DNA of 64,000 bases, from assembly GCF_001194135.2 (NCBI RefSeq), contig NC_069004.1, forward strand, positions 19,842,773-19,906,772, in the 5' to 3' direction. The translations under genes were made by a program, and so were the position numbers. Positions 62,285 through 64,000 of this stretch are shown here, one piece after another; the stretch's first letter is position 1; every line of letters starts with the position of its first letter. The notes under the pieces are model-generated. The model was not told where the DNA came from and did no database searches. It was given only the letters and a program-made list of their open reading frames with translations. This stretch comes from Octopus bimaculoides. Its lineage: Eukaryota.

Positions 62285-64000
62285 GTCTTTTTGCGTTGTG
62301 AATCGAGATTTTGCTGCTACCAAGTTATGTGAGTTCGTTCCATTGTGTTTTTGTCTGTTATTATATTTTTGTTTCTGGTGTGCTTTGACTTGAATTGAAC
62401 TGTTGTCCTTTGTGGAACAGTAATTTTCGCCCTACAGGGCAGAAAATTCTGTTTTGGAATTTACTGTGAAAAAAAAATTATTGCTGAACTGTCTTTTTCT
62501 TTACCCGTTGCTGGGTATTGAATTTGTTTGTTATTTTTGTCATTTTTGGCTAAGTAATAACATGTTTACAATGGAATTTAATATTACATCTAAAAAATAT
62601 TTTCCTGCAATGGGAAAGGATAATAGCGGTGAAAATGAATGTGAAATTGAAAAACAGGCAAAGGAAAGACCAAGTTTTTCTGCTGCGGTGGGCAGCAATA
62701 TGATGGAAATGGAAGTGAAAATGGAACAATTGTTTAAGTTCCATAGCTTGATTAAAAAAATGGTAGCGATATGGAACTACTGCCTCCTCCAGAGACAGTG
62801 CAAGCATTAAACGCAAGAACGGTTGTCTACAAAATTTACAATTTAAAGGAGAAACGAATTATGGATGCAAAATTGATGTCGTAGAAAGATGTTTGTTCCC
62901 AATATGGAACCAAATAACCTACGTTGGCTGGAGGATGAGAAACACAATGGTAGAAGCACAATTTGAAACAGCCACCATAGCAAAGGAAGTCTCCACAAAA
63001 ACCTTGTGAAACGAAAAAATAATTCTGCTACCCATATACCTGGGTCGCAGAACAGCCAAAATTACCATGGATGAGATTCCGGCTGGTTATGAGGTTATGT
63101 GGGTAGCAGCAGCTGTCATCTACAACGTGGAGGAGGCAGTGACAATTTTGCAATTGAAAAAGCATTAAGTCGTGAACTGGAAAGGTCAGACCCTAGAGAT
63201 GGTTGTACAAGCGTCAAATGAAACTATAGAAAAATTGCCCGATAGGGTGTTTGTAGGGGAGGGGCTAACAATGAGAGTAGCCGTTGAGGGACGTAGGCCC
63301 CGTTGCTTCAGATATGGAGAAAAGGGCCACGTTTACTCAAAGTGTGAGAAAAAGAAAACCAATGAAGCCCCCTCCCCAAAAGGCTATGTAAGTAGTCAAA
63401 GAAAAACATGAAAAGCAAGACAATGCAGTAGAAAAGAGAGAGGGAGTAACAGCAGAGAGTGCAGTGAAAAAGACAGAGAAAAACGCTGTAATGGAATTCA
63501 CTACAGTGTCACACAAAAGAAAAAATGCCCAAGTCCCAGACTCCCCTCGCCAAACAAAAAAATCCATAAAACATACGGCAGATGCACAAAACAAAATTCC
63601 CCAAACCAACCCCACAGTGAAACCTTTCACCAAATCCCACTCCAAAACCCAAGAAAAAATTGTTTCCTTCTCGGAAAAAAACAGTGTGTTGAACACAGTC
63701 ATAAGAGCGCATCATAAGGTGCGAGTTTTTAAAATAACAAAAGACACGCCCCCAGATATTAGACTTGCTAAAATGGACGCAGGCCTATTTTCAGAGCTGA
63801 AGGAAAGGTATCCAGAAGATATCAAGGATCTCAGCTCCGAAATGGCCGAAAAAATTACTATTAAGCCCAGTGACTATACCAATGACAGAAAAGGATGGAT
63901 AGGTAGCTGAATTTGTGCAGCCCCTCTTCAAATTCAAACTGTAAGTTCTTCCTTTTACCATTTTTTAAGGTTATGGTAAGAAAGGTGAGTGCAACTGATC
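62285..64000 (+). mobile_element. Tx1/L1-clade LINE copy 2 (5' UTR plus ORF1), diverged, head-to-tail with copy 1, running off the window
   Basis: Homologous 5' UTR (aattttcgccctacagggcagaaa) and ORF1 (EAKMEQLLKFH-like; RPRCFRYGEKGHVYSKC). Confidence 0.85.

Overview
AT-rich, repeat-dense eukaryotic genomic DNA with five N gaps. The SINE/RTE repeat families look like those of a coleoid cephalopod, most likely Octopus; this is recognition from memory, not a database hit. The + strand carries the 3' half of MRE11 as five phase-consistent exons (1400-1503, 13276-13367, 16417-16536, 18895-19331, 25893-26010), including the GAR (RG-rich) motif and the acidic C-terminus. The - strand carries a spliced coiled-coil gene that the ORF track misses, with six candidate exons from 57035 down to 25568. 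It resembles the C-terminal half of CEP63/DEUP1 but has four in-frame stops and two apparent +1 frameshifts, so it looks like an intron-retaining pseudogene. Its last exon lies inside MRE11's last intron, so the two 3' ends are interleaved. The rest is decayed or nested mobile DNA: RLE LINEs (HERO-like, Dong/R4-like), Tx1/L1-like LINEs, RTE LINEs, Tc1/mariner elements, an unclassified large DNA transposon, a solo LTR, SINEs and microsatellites. Three separate elements contain short internal segments copied to a nearby site (212 bp, 200 bp with a 13-bp target duplication, and 71 bp inverted).
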